64,000 nt of DNA from Dehalococcoidia bacterium (GCA_963663235.2 CAXXNO010000004.1:512001-576000), one strand, 5' to 3'. Shown: positions 22,665 through 40,587, numbered from the stretch's first letter. The notes: generated by a model from the sequence alone, not told the origin. A program made the numbers and translations.

Positions 22665-22732
22665 GGCGAGGCCGCGAACGGATGTCAGTATAACCTGGGA
22701 TGCAGATGGCAGCGGCCGGGCCGGCCGGCGGA

Positions 22733-22761
22733 TTGACGGACGGGTCGGAGCCTCTTATAAT
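22733..22761 (+). promoter_or_regulatory. Sigma70-type promoter of rpoBC
   Basis: TTGACG-17 nt-TATAAT, about 300 nt upstream of rpoB. Confidence 0.88.
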
Positions 22762-22869
22762 CACGCTCGGTTCCCCATGCCCAGATATCATCACCGTATC
22801 CCGGCATCCTGACTGTCGCCGTCGGCGCTGCACGGGGTGGGCAATCCGCGTGTGAGGAGAACTGATCGC

Positions 22870-22977
22870 ATGATCCCGCACAGACCTACCGTCCCTCTCC
22901 GCCAACTCGCAAGCCTGACCGTCGTTGCCGGCACTCCCTTCCGCCTCCGTTCCCTGCGGAGCCGCCATTATTGCTAA
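22870..22977 (+). CDS. Putative leader uORF in the rpoB 5' UTR ([35 protein letters not shown])
   Basis: GAGGAG 10 nt before an ATG; 35 codons; below the ORF-track size cutoff. Confidence 0.3.
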   Translation: MIPHRPTVPLRQLASLTVVAGTPFRLRSLRSRHYC

Positions 22978-23066
22978 GGCGCCACGCGGCCCCCAGTCCT
23001 GCTCCCCGCCCGGCGGGCGGCCCGATGCTGGCTGGCCGCGCCATCCCTGAGGAGACCTCGCCACCC

Positions 23067-31286
<8,220 letters not shown>

Positions 31287-31287
31287 G

Positions 31288-31314
31288 AAGAAGGGCCCCG
31301 CGCGGGCCCTTCTT
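31288..31314 (+). terminator. Hairpin terminator after rpoC
   Basis: AAGAAGGGCCC-cgcgc-GGGCCCTTCTT, perfect 11-bp inverted repeat just after the restored rpoC stop. Confidence 0.75.
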
Positions 31315-31316
31315 GG

Positions 31317-31366
31317 GACGCAGAAACCAGACGGGGCCCGGCGGGGCCCCGTCTGGTTTCTGCGTC
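31317..31366. terminator. 23-bp perfect inverted repeat between convergent rpoC and groEL (probable bidirectional terminator)
   Basis: GACGCAGAAACCAGACGGGGCCC-ggcg-GGGCCCCGTCTGGTTTCTGCGTC. Confidence 0.75.
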
Positions 31367-31391
31367 AGTCGCGCCGGCCCCGGCCGCGCGC

Positions 31392-33020
31392 TTAGTACTC
31401 CTCCGGCATCCCCCCACCGGCCGGCATGGACGGCGCTTTCTGCGGGATGTCGGCCACCAGGGAGTCGGTGGTGAGGACCATGCCGGCGATGGACACGGCG
31501 TTCTCCAAAGCCGAGCGCACCACCTTGACCGGGTCGACGATTCCCCGCTCTACAAGGTTGCCGTACTCGTCGGCCGCGGCGTCGTAGCCGAAGTCGGCGC
31601 CGTCGCCCCGCCGCACCTGCGCGACCACGACCGCGCCCTCTTGCCCCGCGTTCATGGCGATGCGCGCCAACGGCGCCTGCAGCGCATCGCTCAGCAACAG
31701 GATGGCCGTGCGCTCGTCGCCCTCCAGCGAGCTCTTGAGCGGCTCCAGCGCCGCTTCCGAGCGCAGCAGCGCGACGCCGCCGCCGGCCACGATCCCCTCC
31801 TCCACGGCCGCGCGGGTCGCGCTCAGCGCGTCCTCCAGCTTGGCCTTCTTTTCCTTCAGCTCCACCTCGGTGGGGGCGCCCACCTTGATCACCGCCACGC
31901 CCCCGGCCAGCCGCGCCTGCCGCTCCTGCAGCTTCTCGCGGTCGAAGTCGGAAGTGGTGACGTCGATCTGCGCCTTGATCTCCTTCATGCGGTTCTGGAT
32001 CGCCTCATCGCTGCCGGCGCCCTCGATGATGGTGGTGTTGTCCTTGGTGGAGACGATGCGGCGGGCGCGGCCCAAGTCGGCCACCTGGGCCTGCTCCAAG
32101 GTGCGGCCCAGGTCCTTCAAGACGGCGGTGCCGCCCGTGAGGATGGCGATGTCTTCCAGCATCGCCTTGCGGCGGTCACCGAAGCCGGGCGCCTTCACCG
32201 CCAGCACGTTGACCGTGCCGCGCATCTTGTTGACCACCAGGGTGGCGAGCGCTTCCCCGTCCACGTCCTCGCTGACGATCACGAAGTTCTTGCTGATCTG
32301 CAGCGCCTTCTCCAGCACGGGCAGGATGTCGTTGACCGCGGAGATCTTATAGTCCGTGACGAGGATGTAGGGGTCCTCCAGCGCCGCCTCCATGCGGTCG
32401 GGGTTGCTCACGAAGTAGGGGGAGATGTAGCCGCGGTCCCACTGCAGGCCGTCGACGTACTCCACCTCCATGCGCAGCCCTTTGGACTCCTCGACGGTGA
32501 TCACGCCGTCCTTGCCCACCTTCTCCATCACGTCGCCGATGATCTGGCCGGTTTCGGGATTGTCGGCGGCGATGGAGGCCACGGCCGCGACCTCTTCCTT
32601 CGACTCCACCGGGCGGGCGCTCTGGCGCAACGCCTCCACCACCACCCGCGATCCCTTGTCGAGGCCGCGCTTGAGGCTCATGGCGCCGGCCCCGGCGGCG
32701 AGGTTGCGCATCCCCTCCCGCACGATCGCCTGGGCCAGCACCGTGGCCGTCGTGGTGCCGTCGCCGGCGACGTCGTTGGTGCGGGTGGCGACCTCTTTGG
32801 CGAGCTGCGCGCCGAGGTTTTCGAACGGCTGCTCCAGCTCGATCTCCCGCGCGATGGTGACGCCGTCATTGATGATCAACGGGGCGCCGAACTTCTTCTC
32901 CAGCACCACGTTGCGTCCCCGCGGCCCCAAGGTGATGCGGACGGCGTTGGCGAGCGCGTCGACCCCATCCTTGAGCGCCTTGCGGGCAGTCAGATCGAAG
33001 AGCATCTGTTTTGCTGGCAT
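31392..33020 (-). CDS. groEL: Chaperonin GroEL
   Basis: [33 protein letters not shown]-type tail. Confidence 0.98.
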   Translation of the reverse strand: MPAKQMLFDLTARKALKDGVDALANAVRITLGPRGRNVVLEKKFGAPLIINDGVTIAREIELEQPFENLGAQLAKEVATRTNDVAGDGTTTATVLAQAIVREGMRNLAAGAGAMSLKRGLDKGSRVVVEALRQSARPVESKEEVAAVASIAADNPETGQIIGDVMEKVGKDGVITVEESKGLRMEVEYVDGLQWDRGYISPYFVSNPDRMEAALEDPYILVTDYKISAVNDILPVLEKALQISKNFVIVSEDVDGEALATLVVNKMRGTVNVLAVKAPGFGDRRKAMLEDIAILTGGTAVLKDLGRTLEQAQVADLGRARRIVSTKDNTTIIEGAGSDEAIQNRMKEIKAQIDVTTSDFDREKLQERQARLAGGVAVIKVGAPTEVELKEKKAKLEDALSATRAAVEEGIVAGGGVALLRSEAALEPLKSSLEGDERTAILLLSDALQAPLARIAMNAGQEGAVVVAQVRRGDGADFGYDAAADEYGNLVERGIVDPVKVVRSALENAVSIAGMVLTTDSLVADIPQKAPSMPAGGGMPEEY

Positions 33021-33144
33021 GGGCAGACCGCTCCTTTCCGCGACCGGGCGCGCCGATCGCTGGCCGACCAGTGCGGGGCGGAGCCGCCCGGCTCGCCCAC
33101 GCAGGGAACACAGCGCGCCACCTGCGCGCCGTGCTCCAGACCGG

Positions 33145-33447
33145 TTAGACGATGACCTTGGCCAGGATCTCGCGCTCTTCGAGCACGATCAGGTCGTCTT
33201 TTTCCACTTTGACGTCCTGGCCGGTGTACTTCTTGTAGAGGATGCGGTCACCGACCGCGATCTCCAGGGGGATGCGCTTGCCGTCGTCGTCGCGCTTGCC
33301 GGGACCGACGGCAAGCACCTCGCCCTGCTGCGGCTTCTCTTTGGCGCTCTCGGGGATCACGATCCCGCTCTCCAGCACCTGCTCCTGCTGCAGCGGCTTG
33401 ATCACAATGCGGTCACCCAGCGGCTCCAACCGTAACGTCTTTGCCAT
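33145..33447 (-). CDS. groES: Co-chaperonin GroES
   Basis: [35 protein letters not shown]. Confidence 0.98.
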   Translation of the reverse strand: MAKTLRLEPLGDRIVIKPLQQEQVLESGIVIPESAKEKPQQGEVLAVGPGKRDDDGKRIPLEIAVGDRILYKKYTGQDVKVEKDDLIVLEEREILAKVIV

Positions 33448-33513
33448 CGCTCTGCCCTAGGCCTCTTCCCAACTACGCTGCCGTAGCTGCCTCTGTCTTC
33501 TGTTCGGCTCGGG

Positions 33514-33540
33514 TTAGCACTCTCTAAGGTTGAGTGCCAA
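33514..33540. promoter_or_regulatory. CIRCE element (HrcA operator) upstream of groES
   Basis: TTAGCACTC-N9-GAGTGCCAA, one mismatch to consensus; a TAGGAT -10-like box lies just upstream on the minus strand. Confidence 0.95.
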
Positions 33541-33688
33541 GCCGCATCCTATACGGCCCGGCGGCGCGAACGCAACCGCCTGCTTGTCGTGCGGTCATCG
33601 CATCGGGGCGGAAACGGGCGGGTGGGCTCTCTCCGCCACTCGGTCGGCCGCTTGCTTGGCCCTACACGGAACCGTGTATGCTGGTCCC

Positions 33689-34030
33689 ATGGCTGGAGAG
33701 AAGCGGCTGTACCCGCAGCGTCGGGGGGGGCGCCGGGCGCGGGGCCGCAGCGACGAGGGCTGGGACGCAGAGCGGATCCGGCTCTTGCGCCGGCACCTGC
33801 AGCTGACGCAGCGCGAGTTCGCCCGAGAGTTGAACGCGCGCCAGCAGACCGTCTCGGAGTGGGAGACGGGACAGTACCGGCCCCGCGGCCCCTCCGCGCG
33901 GCTGCTCACGCTGATCGCGGAGGACGCCCGGTTTCCGTATGCGGCGGAACTGGACGCGCCCGAGCGGAGCGGGGAAGCGGATCGCGGAGAGGGGCGGCGG
34001 CCGTCGCGCCCGCCCCGGCACCCGGGGTGA
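33689..34030 (+). CDS. XRE-family helix-turn-helix protein
   Basis: IRLLRRHLQLTQREFARELNARQQTVSEWETG..RPRGPSARLL; ATG 6 nt after a TATGCT -10 box, so probably leaderless. Confidence 0.88.
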   Translation: MAGEKRLYPQRRGGRRARGRSDEGWDAERIRLLRRHLQLTQREFARELNARQQTVSEWETGQYRPRGPSARLLTLIAEDARFPYAAELDAPERSGEADRGEGRRPSRPPRHPG

Positions 34031-35283
34031 CGGTGGGCGCCGCGCAGGCGGAGGCCGCGCTCGTGCGCCGCTGGCAGTCGGGTGCGCGCCCGGCCTGGCT
34101 GCGCACCAGCGAGGGGGAGACGCTGCGGGTGCTCTTTCGCGGCGTGCGCAACGGCGGAGCCGGGCCGGACTTTCGCGGCGCGCTCTTCCTCGGCGCCAAC
34201 GGCCGGCCGCTTCGCGGCGACGTGGAGGTCCACCGTCGCGTCGGCGACTGGTGGCGGCACGGGCACCATACGGACGGCGCGTATCGCGAGGTCGTCCTGC
34301 ACGTCGTGGGCGCGATCGAGTCACGGCCAGGGGGCGGCGGACCGCCCCGGACCCTGCTGCTCCCCCCCGCCGCTGCCGGCGCAGGTGAATCGCACGTCTT
34401 TGAGCCGCCCTGTCACGGCCTCGTCCAGCGCGCTGGGGCGCAAGCGGTGGGCGGCGTGCTGGCGAGATTGGGGCGCGACCGTCTGCAGCGCAAGGCTCTG
34501 CGCCTGCGGCGCGCGCTGGCGGACGGCGGCGATCCGGACCAACTGGCCTACCGGCTGCTTCTGGAGGCGCTGGGCCAGGGCGGCGACCCAGAAGTCATGC
34601 GCCGGACCGCGGGCGCGTTGCCCCTGGCCGCCCTCCCGGCGGAGGCGCCGGCGGCGTGCAAGGCGCTGCTCGCGGCCCACGCGGCGGTGGCGGGTGGCGG
34701 GGCGCGGGCGCCCGGTCCACGGCCGGCGAACCGTCCCGAGCGGCGGCTTGCGGCGGCGGCGGCGCTGATCCACCGCTTCCGCAGCGAGGAAGAGGGGCTG
34801 GCTGCCGGGCTCGCCGCCCTGGCGATGATCCCCGCGGCGGCGGCCCAGGAGGCGCTGCGCCTGCCGCGCCTCCTGGGCGCGGAGCGGGCGCGGCAACTGC
34901 TGGTGGACGTGGTCTATCCCTTGGCCTGGGCGCGGTCCGCAGCGCTGGGGCCGCAGCTGTCGGCACGGTGGCTGGCTTTGCCCGGCGCGCGGTACGGGCG
35001 CACGCAGCCGCTGCGCCGTCGGTTGGAGCGCGGCGGGCTGGGCCCGTGGCGGAACGGCGCCACGCAGGCGTTGCTCCACTTGGAGCGCAGTTACTGCCGC
35101 AACGGCGCCTGCGCCGTCTGCCCGCTCGCCGCCCTCGGCCGTTCCGGCCCGGCCGCGGCCGCGCGGTCCCGCGCCGGCGATCAGGCTCGCCGCTCTGCGC
35201 CCGCGGAGAACGGCTCCGCGCCGGAGGTGGAGAACACGTCGAAGGCGAGCGCGGCGTCGGCCGCGGCGCGCTCGTCTTCGTGA
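34027..35283 (+). CDS. DUF2851-family protein
   Basis: GPDF..A...GDVEVH...DW..HGH..D..Y..VVLHVV and C-terminal YCxxxxCxxCPL; GTGA start/stop overlap with the XRE gene. Confidence 0.8.
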   Translation: MTVGAAQAEAALVRRWQSGARPAWLRTSEGETLRVLFRGVRNGGAGPDFRGALFLGANGRPLRGDVEVHRRVGDWWRHGHHTDGAYREVVLHVVGAIESRPGGGGPPRTLLLPPAAAGAGESHVFEPPCHGLVQRAGAQAVGGVLARLGRDRLQRKALRLRRALADGGDPDQLAYRLLLEALGQGGDPEVMRRTAGALPLAALPAEAPAACKALLAAHAAVAGGGARAPGPRPANRPERRLAAAAALIHRFRSEEEGLAAGLAALAMIPAAAAQEALRLPRLLGAERARQLLVDVVYPLAWARSAALGPQLSARWLALPGARYGRTQPLRRRLERGGLGPWRNGATQALLHLERSYCRNGACAVCPLAALGRSGPAAAARSRAGDQARRSAPAENGSAPEVENTSKASAASAAARSSS

Positions 35284-36230
35284 CGTCGGTAGTAGGCGGC
35301 GGCGGCGATCATCGCCGCGTTGTCCGTGCACAGCGCCGGCGGCGGCGCGCGCACGGGCGCGGGGACGCGCTCCGCCAGCGCCCGGCGCAGGGCGCCGTTG
35401 GCCGCCACGCCGCCGGCGGCCAGGACCGTGCGCGCGCCGTGCTGCGCGGCGGCCTGGGCGGTCTTCGTGGCGAGGACATCGACCACGGCATCCTGGAACG
35501 CGCGCGCGATGGGCGCGGGATCGACGGGCGGCTCTTGACGCACCCGATGCAGGACGGCCGTCTTGAGGCCGCTGAAGGAGAAGTCCAGGGTGCCCGGCAG
35601 CCAGGAGCGGGGGAACGGCGCCGCCGGCTCCGCTGCCGCGCTCGCCGCCCGCTCGATGGGCGGGCCGCCCGGGAAGGGCAGGCCGAGCAGGCGCGCGACC
35701 TTGTCGAACGCCTCGCCGGCCGCGTCGTCTAGGGTCTGCCCCAGCCGGCGGAAGCGTCCGTGATCGTGCATGAGGATCAACTCGCTGTGACCGCCGCTCA
35801 CCACCAGGCAGACCAGGGGAAAGCGCGGCGGCTCACCGCCGTACTGCGCCAGCGCGGGCTCCAGCCAGTTGGCGTAGATATGGCCCTCGATGTGGTGGAT
35901 CGGCCGGCACGGAAGCCCCCGCGCCCAGGCGATCGCCTTGGCCGCGTTCACCCCCACCAACAGCGACCCGGCCAGGCCGGGCCCCTGCGTCACCGCCACG
36001 GCGTCCAGCTCGTCCCAGCCGCAGCCGGCCTCCGCTAGGGTCGCCTCCAGCACCGGAACCAGGCTTCGCAGGTGCTCGCGCCCGGCAACCTCCGGCACCA
36101 CGCCGCCGAAGCGGGCGTGCAGCGTCTCTTGGGAGGCCACGACCGAGGCGCGCACGTGCCCGCCATCGGCCACCACCGCGGCGGCGTTCTCGTCGCAGGA
36201 GGTCTCCAGGGCCAGGACGGTATACGGCAT
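35181..36230 (-). CDS. tsaD: tRNA N6-threonylcarbamoyltransferase TsaD
   Basis: LETSCDE, GGVVPEVAGREH, HHIEGH, SGGHSEL, DDAAGEAFDKVAR, CTDNAAMIA. Confidence 0.97.
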   Translation of the reverse strand: MPYTVLALETSCDENAAAVVADGGHVRASVVASQETLHARFGGVVPEVAGREHLRSLVPVLEATLAEAGCGWDELDAVAVTQGPGLAGSLLVGVNAAKAIAWARGLPCRPIHHIEGHIYANWLEPALAQYGGEPPRFPLVCLVVSGGHSELILMHDHGRFRRLGQTLDDAAGEAFDKVARLLGLPFPGGPPIERAASAAAEPAAPFPRSWLPGTLDFSFSGLKTAVLHRVRQEPPVDPAPIARAFQDAVVDVLATKTAQAAAQHGARTVLAAGGVAANGALRRALAERVPAPVRAPPPALCTDNAAMIAAAAYYRRHEDERAAADAALAFDVFSTSGAEPFSAGAERRA

Positions 36231-36269
36231 GCTGCGCTCAGCCTAGCGGGGCAGCCGGGGATGGGGCGG

Positions 36270-39200
36270 CTACGGGGCGGAGAGGAGGGGAAGCGTGGGT
36301 AGGGAGGAGGTCAAGAGGGCGTCGGCGTTGACGTAGTAGAGTCGGCCCTGCGCTTCGTCCGCGACGACGCCGCGCACGTCCCTGAGCAGGTCGGCGCGGA
36401 TCTGCGCGACGAGTTCGCCGGCGGGATTGAAGACCACGACGCGGTTGTTGCCGCGGTCGACGGCGTAGAGCAGGCCGCTCTCCGTCCCCAGCGTTAAGGA
36501 GGCGGCCAGGAGCAGGGGCCGGTCCAGCCCCACCTCGGGGAACGGCTGCTCCTCGCCGTCGAAGAAGCGCCGGATCCGGCCTTCGTCCGTGGCCACGAAG
36601 ATGGCCCCGGCGACGACCAACGAGTTGGCCCCCGTCAGGTCGGTGCGCGTCACGACGGTCGTGCCGGAGGACAGGGTCCCGTCCGGCTCCAGCTCGTAGC
36701 GCCAGACGCTCCCGCCCACGCTGTCCAGCAGGTAGACGGCGCTGCCCTCGACGGCGACCGCGTCGGCCGATCCCAGCGCTTCCGGATTGGGTACATCCAG
36801 GGCGGCGACGCCGCTGGCGGGGTCGTAGCGGTACAGATGCCGCTCGGCGTCCAGGATCACCAGGCCGCCCGCGCTCTTGGCCCACTCCATGCTGATGGGC
36901 TCGGCGGCGGCGGGGCCGCCGAAGCGGCCGACCACGTTGTACTGCTCCCCGGCGCGGAAGATCGTCTGCGGGTCGCCGCCCTCGATCGCAACGGCGAAGA
37001 TGCGGCCGCCGCTCTCGTCCAGGACGTAGACGGCGTCGCCGCCCACCTGGGCGGTCGCCAGCGCGAAGGGGAGCGCAATCACATCGCGGAAGTCGAGCGC
37101 AACGCCGACGTCCGCGGGCTGCACGATCAGGTTGACCAGCCGCAGCGCGTCCTCGACCTCGGCCGCGAAGGCCAGCGCCTCTTCGTGCAGCGGTTGGGCG
37201 TCCAGCGCCGCCTGTACGCTGGCGGCGGCGAGCACCAGTTCGTCGCGGATCACAGCCGGTTCCTCGGCCAGCGAGGCGCCGCGGAAGCGCAGCCGAGCTT
37301 CGGCCAGCGACTCATCGACGCGGCTGCCCTCTGATTCCTGGATCAGGTCCGGGATCAGCAAGGCGCCTGCAACCACCACCAGCACCAGCAGCGCTCCGCC
37401 CAGGATGAGCGCGACGGGCGCCCAGCCGCGCCGCCACGCCGGCCCGCCGGCGGCAGGCGTTCCCTCGCGGACCGGCCGCCGGCGCCGCAAGTTGGGCGCC
37501 ACGGCCCGCAGGCTGAAGAGCGGCGAGGGGTTGGCGACGCCGTCCAGATTGACGCGGCTCTCCAGCACGGGCGGTGGTTGAGGTGTAAATGGATTCCTCG
37601 GCCAGCCTTCGGCGAGCGCGGGCTGGCGCTCCAACACGTCCATGTCGAAGACGGCGGCGTTCTCGACGCCGCCGTCGCCCGCCACGGCCTCCACCGCCTC
37701 CTCGCGCACCAACGTCATGGTCGCGACGTCGCTCTTGCTTCGCGCGCTGGGCGCGTCGCTGTCGTCCGGCGACGGGTCGACGAGGCGCCCCGGCGGGCGC
37801 TCCGCCTCCCCCTCGGGCTCCTCTGGCCGTGCGGCCGGTCCGCCCTCGAAGTCGGGCGCCGCTCTCGGCGCCGTGGCGTCCGGCTCGCTCGCCTCGCGCA
37901 GATCGGAGGTGTCGGCAGTCTCGGGCGCGGGCGCGGGCGCGGACGTCGGGTGAGCGCTGGGCGTGCTCTGCTCCGACTGCGCCGCCTCCGCTGCGGCGGC
38001 CGCCCGAGATGGCTCCTCATCGCCGGCGTCCGTGGCCGTTGGTTTCGCTTGGACGCCGGGCGGCGACCCGGGCTCGGGCGGCGCGCCGGCCGTATCGTCG
38101 TCCGGTTGCGCCTCCCCCGGTTCGAGGCCGCTGGGCCGCGGGTCGATGGCGGCGACCTCCTCCGCGTCGGAGTCCTCCCACTCGAACGCGGGCGGCACGA
38201 CCTCGTCGGCCTCGGCCGCGTCGTCCCCCCCCGCCGGTTCGGGGATGTCGAAGCGGCGCGGCGCAAATGGCGGCGGCGCCAGGTCCCACGGCCGTAGGCC
38301 GTACCCCTCCCCAGCCGCTGCGCCGGCTTCGCCGATCGCGAAATCCGGGGGAGGACGCCCGCGCGAAGGCGGCGGCGCGGAGCGCTCGACGAGCGCCTCC
38401 GCGCGCATCTCCGGGGCCGCCGCCGCCCTCTCCGCCCGCGGTGGCTCCATCTTGCCCCGCGCCTCGTCGTCCGGTCCCATCTCGGCCCAAGGATCGTTCC
38501 AGGGGTCACTGCGCTCCCAACCGAGGCGGCGCCGGACGGCGTGGCGCAGGAACCGGCCGCCTCCCAGGATCGCCCGCGCGACCGGCCCCTGCGGCGGCGG
38601 GGCGGCGGCGGCTTCGATCGCTTCCGCACTCGGCGGCGCGATCGGCTCGACCGCGATCCCGGGCGGCCCGCTCTCCAGCGGCGCGGCCTCGTCACCGGGC
38701 TTCACGGCCGCGGCGGTGTCGACCGCTGCCGGTTCAGGCGGCGGCGGCTGGGTGGCAGGCGCCGCCGCGGCCGCGGGCTGGGTTGCCTCGGCGGCATCGG
38801 ACGCGTGCGGCGCTTGGGCATCCTCGGCCGCGGCCGCGGCGTGCGCCGGGACCGGCGCGACGACCATGGTGGCGGCGTAGGGCAAGGTGCGCAGGAGCGG
38901 ATAGAGCGCGCGAAGAACATCGTCCGGCGAGCGGCCCTGCAGGCGAGCCGCCATCTCGTCCGCGATCGAGTCAGCGGCCGTGCTGCTGATTAGGACGATC
39001 AGATCGCCGCCGCGAAGATCCATCCGGGTGAATTGCGGGGCGACGATCTCGGCCACCCCGAGCGGTCGCGCGGATCGCTTGTCCGTGGGCTGCAGCCGTT
39101 CGACCGTCGATCCACGCCGCACATAGGCCAGACTGGGACCGAGCTGCGCGAGGAACCCCTGATCCTCGCGCAGCACCAGGCAGGAGAGCCCGTAACTGAC

Positions 39201-39497
39201 CTGATCCCGCGGGAGGTTGGTGCGGTTCCAGTCGCGCACCTCGTCGTGCCGATCGCGCAGCACGCGCTGCAGGATGCCGGTGAGCGATCCCTCCGCGGAG
39301 AGGAAGTCCTCCCCGGTGCGGTTCACCAACTCTTCGATGAAGCGCTCGGCGCCGGGGCGGCAGGGCTCAGCCAGCACGAAGAGGCGCGCGGGACGGCCTT
39401 GGAGGTCGTACCGCGCCGCGTAGGCGATTTCGGGGGCCTCTTCGCTGGCATCGCCGTCGGCGATCCGCAGCTGCGCTGTCCAGTACTCTGCCGCCAT
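36270..39497 (-). CDS. Large membrane protein: degenerate PP2C-like domain, long low-complexity linker, TM helix, NHL/beta-propeller domain
   Basis: N-terminal LFVLAEP, LAQLGPSLAY and LIVLISST echo PPM motifs; TM WAPVALILGGALLVLVVVAGALLIP; repeats VYVLD..GGRIF, VYLLDS.GGSVW and LYAVDRGNNRVVVF; ATG at 39497. Confidence 0.75.
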   Translation of the reverse strand: MAAEYWTAQLRIADGDASEEAPEIAYAARYDLQGRPARLFVLAEPCRPGAERFIEELVNRTGEDFLSAEGSLTGILQRVLRDRHDEVRDWNRTNLPRDQVSYGLSCLVLREDQGFLAQLGPSLAYVRRGSTVERLQPTDKRSARPLGVAEIVAPQFTRMDLRGGDLIVLISSTAADSIADEMAARLQGRSPDDVLRALYPLLRTLPYAATMVVAPVPAHAAAAAEDAQAPHASDAAEATQPAAAAAPATQPPPPEPAAVDTAAAVKPGDEAAPLESGPPGIAVEPIAPPSAEAIEAAAAPPPQGPVARAILGGGRFLRHAVRRRLGWERSDPWNDPWAEMGPDDEARGKMEPPRAERAAAAPEMRAEALVERSAPPPSRGRPPPDFAIGEAGAAAGEGYGLRPWDLAPPPFAPRRFDIPEPAGGDDAAEADEVVPPAFEWEDSDAEEVAAIDPRPSGLEPGEAQPDDDTAGAPPEPGSPPGVQAKPTATDAGDEEPSRAAAAAEAAQSEQSTPSAHPTSAPAPAPETADTSDLREASEPDATAPRAAPDFEGGPAARPEEPEGEAERPPGRLVDPSPDDSDAPSARSKSDVATMTLVREEAVEAVAGDGGVENAAVFDMDVLERQPALAEGWPRNPFTPQPPPVLESRVNLDGVANPSPLFSLRAVAPNLRRRRPVREGTPAAGGPAWRRGWAPVALILGGALLVLVVVAGALLIPDLIQESEGSRVDESLAEARLRFRGASLAEEPAVIRDELVLAAASVQAALDAQPLHEEALAFAAEVEDALRLVNLIVQPADVGVALDFRDVIALPFALATAQVGGDAVYVLDESGGRIFAVAIEGGDPQTIFRAGEQYNVVGRFGGPAAAEPISMEWAKSAGGLVILDAERHLYRYDPASGVAALDVPNPEALGSADAVAVEGSAVYLLDSVGGSVWRYELEPDGTLSSGTTVVTRTDLTGANSLVVAGAIFVATDEGRIRRFFDGEEQPFPEVGLDRPLLLAASLTLGTESGLLYAVDRGNNRVVVFNPAGELVAQIRADLLRDVRGVVADEAQGRLYYVNADALLTSSLPTLPLLSAP

Positions 39498-39538
39498 GGG
39501 CGGGCCTTTGACCCCCGCCGCCCTCGCGTGGTCGGGGG

Positions 39539-39548
39539 CAGTATAGCA
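39539..39548 (-). promoter_or_regulatory. Extended -10 promoter for the 36270..39497 gene
   Basis: Minus strand TGcTATACT about 42 nt upstream of the ATG. Confidence 0.65.
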
Positions 39549-39600
39549 TCGGGGCAGAACGGCCCTGCGCCATCGCTCTCGATGGTCGCTTTGCGCACAG

Positions 39601-40035
39601 ATGTCGACGATGCCCGATCCCTCTTCCAGTCCCACAAACCCCCTCCAGGCGGCCGAGGCGCTGCTTGCCGCTGGCGACGCCGCGGAGATGGAGGCGCTCC
39701 TGCGCCATCTCGCGCGGCAACTCCGGCCCTTTCCTCCCTTCCCCGGCGCGTTCTTCACGGACGGCGTGGAGGTGGAACCGGAGGGCGCGACCCGGCGCGA
39801 CGTGGGCTGCGTGATCGTCACGCCGGACGGCGACCTCAAGGAGCTGCAGATCGGGGTGGACGCCGAAGCGTTCGAGCGTCCCGTTCCGCCGGATCCGGTC
39901 GCCCTGCGCGAGGAGCGGCTGGTGGATCTCCGCCTTCCACCACCGGAGCGATTGCTCTACGCCTACGCCGGCGTGCGCCGGCTGCTGGAGCTGATTCGGG
40001 AGCGGGAGGCGGACGCGCCGCCGCGCCCCAGCTAG
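39601..40035 (+). CDS. Hypothetical protein
   Basis: 144-aa ORF with coding-like bias (LRPFPPFPGAFFT..DVGCVIVTPDGDLKEL); start could be 39610. Confidence 0.7.
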   Translation: MSTMPDPSSSPTNPLQAAEALLAAGDAAEMEALLRHLARQLRPFPPFPGAFFTDGVEVEPEGATRRDVGCVIVTPDGDLKELQIGVDAEAFERPVPPDPVALREERLVDLRLPPPERLLYAYAGVRRLLELIREREADAPPRPS

Positions 40036-40058
40036 GCGGCCGCGGCCGGGGCGCGGCG

Positions 40059-40583
40059 TCAAGGGAGCGTAATTACGCCCGATCGCCCGCCCCGCTTCTC
40101 CCGCAGACGGATGTCGCTCAGCCGCATACCACGGTCCACGGCCTTGGCCATGTCGTAGACGGTCAGCGCCGCGACACTGACGGCCGTCAGCGCCTCCATC
40201 TCCACACCGGTGGCGGCGCTACAGCGCACGCGGGCGCGGATCTCGATGGCGCCACCGAACCCCTCGGGCGCTTCCTCCGAGAGACGCAACTCCACGTCCA
40301 CGTGCGTGATCGGGAGGGGATGGCAGAGCGGGACCAGTTCGTGCGTGCGTTTGGCGGCCATGATCCCGGCGATCCGGGCCGTGACCAGCGCGTCGCCCTT
40401 CTTGAGCGCCTGATCGCGGATCAGCCGGAGCGTCTCCGCCTGCATGAGCACGCGCCCCTCGGCCACCGCCTCGCGCTCGGTGGCGGGCTTGGCGCTCACG
40501 TCGACCATGCGCGGCCGCCCGGCGGTGTCGACGTGCGAGAGCGCGGATGCGCCGGCCGCGGCGGCGCGATTGGCGTCGGTCAC
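40059..40583 (-). CDS. moaC: Cyclic pyranopterin monophosphate synthase MoaC
   Basis: [41 protein letters not shown]. Confidence 0.96.
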   Translation of the reverse strand: MTDANRAAAAGASALSHVDTAGRPRMVDVSAKPATEREAVAEGRVLMQAETLRLIRDQALKKGDALVTARIAGIMAAKRTHELVPLCHPLPITHVDVELRLSEEAPEGFGGAIEIRARVRCSAATGVEMEALTAVSVAALTVYDMAKAVDRGMRLSDIRLREKRGGRSGVITLP

Positions 40584-40587
40584 CGCC

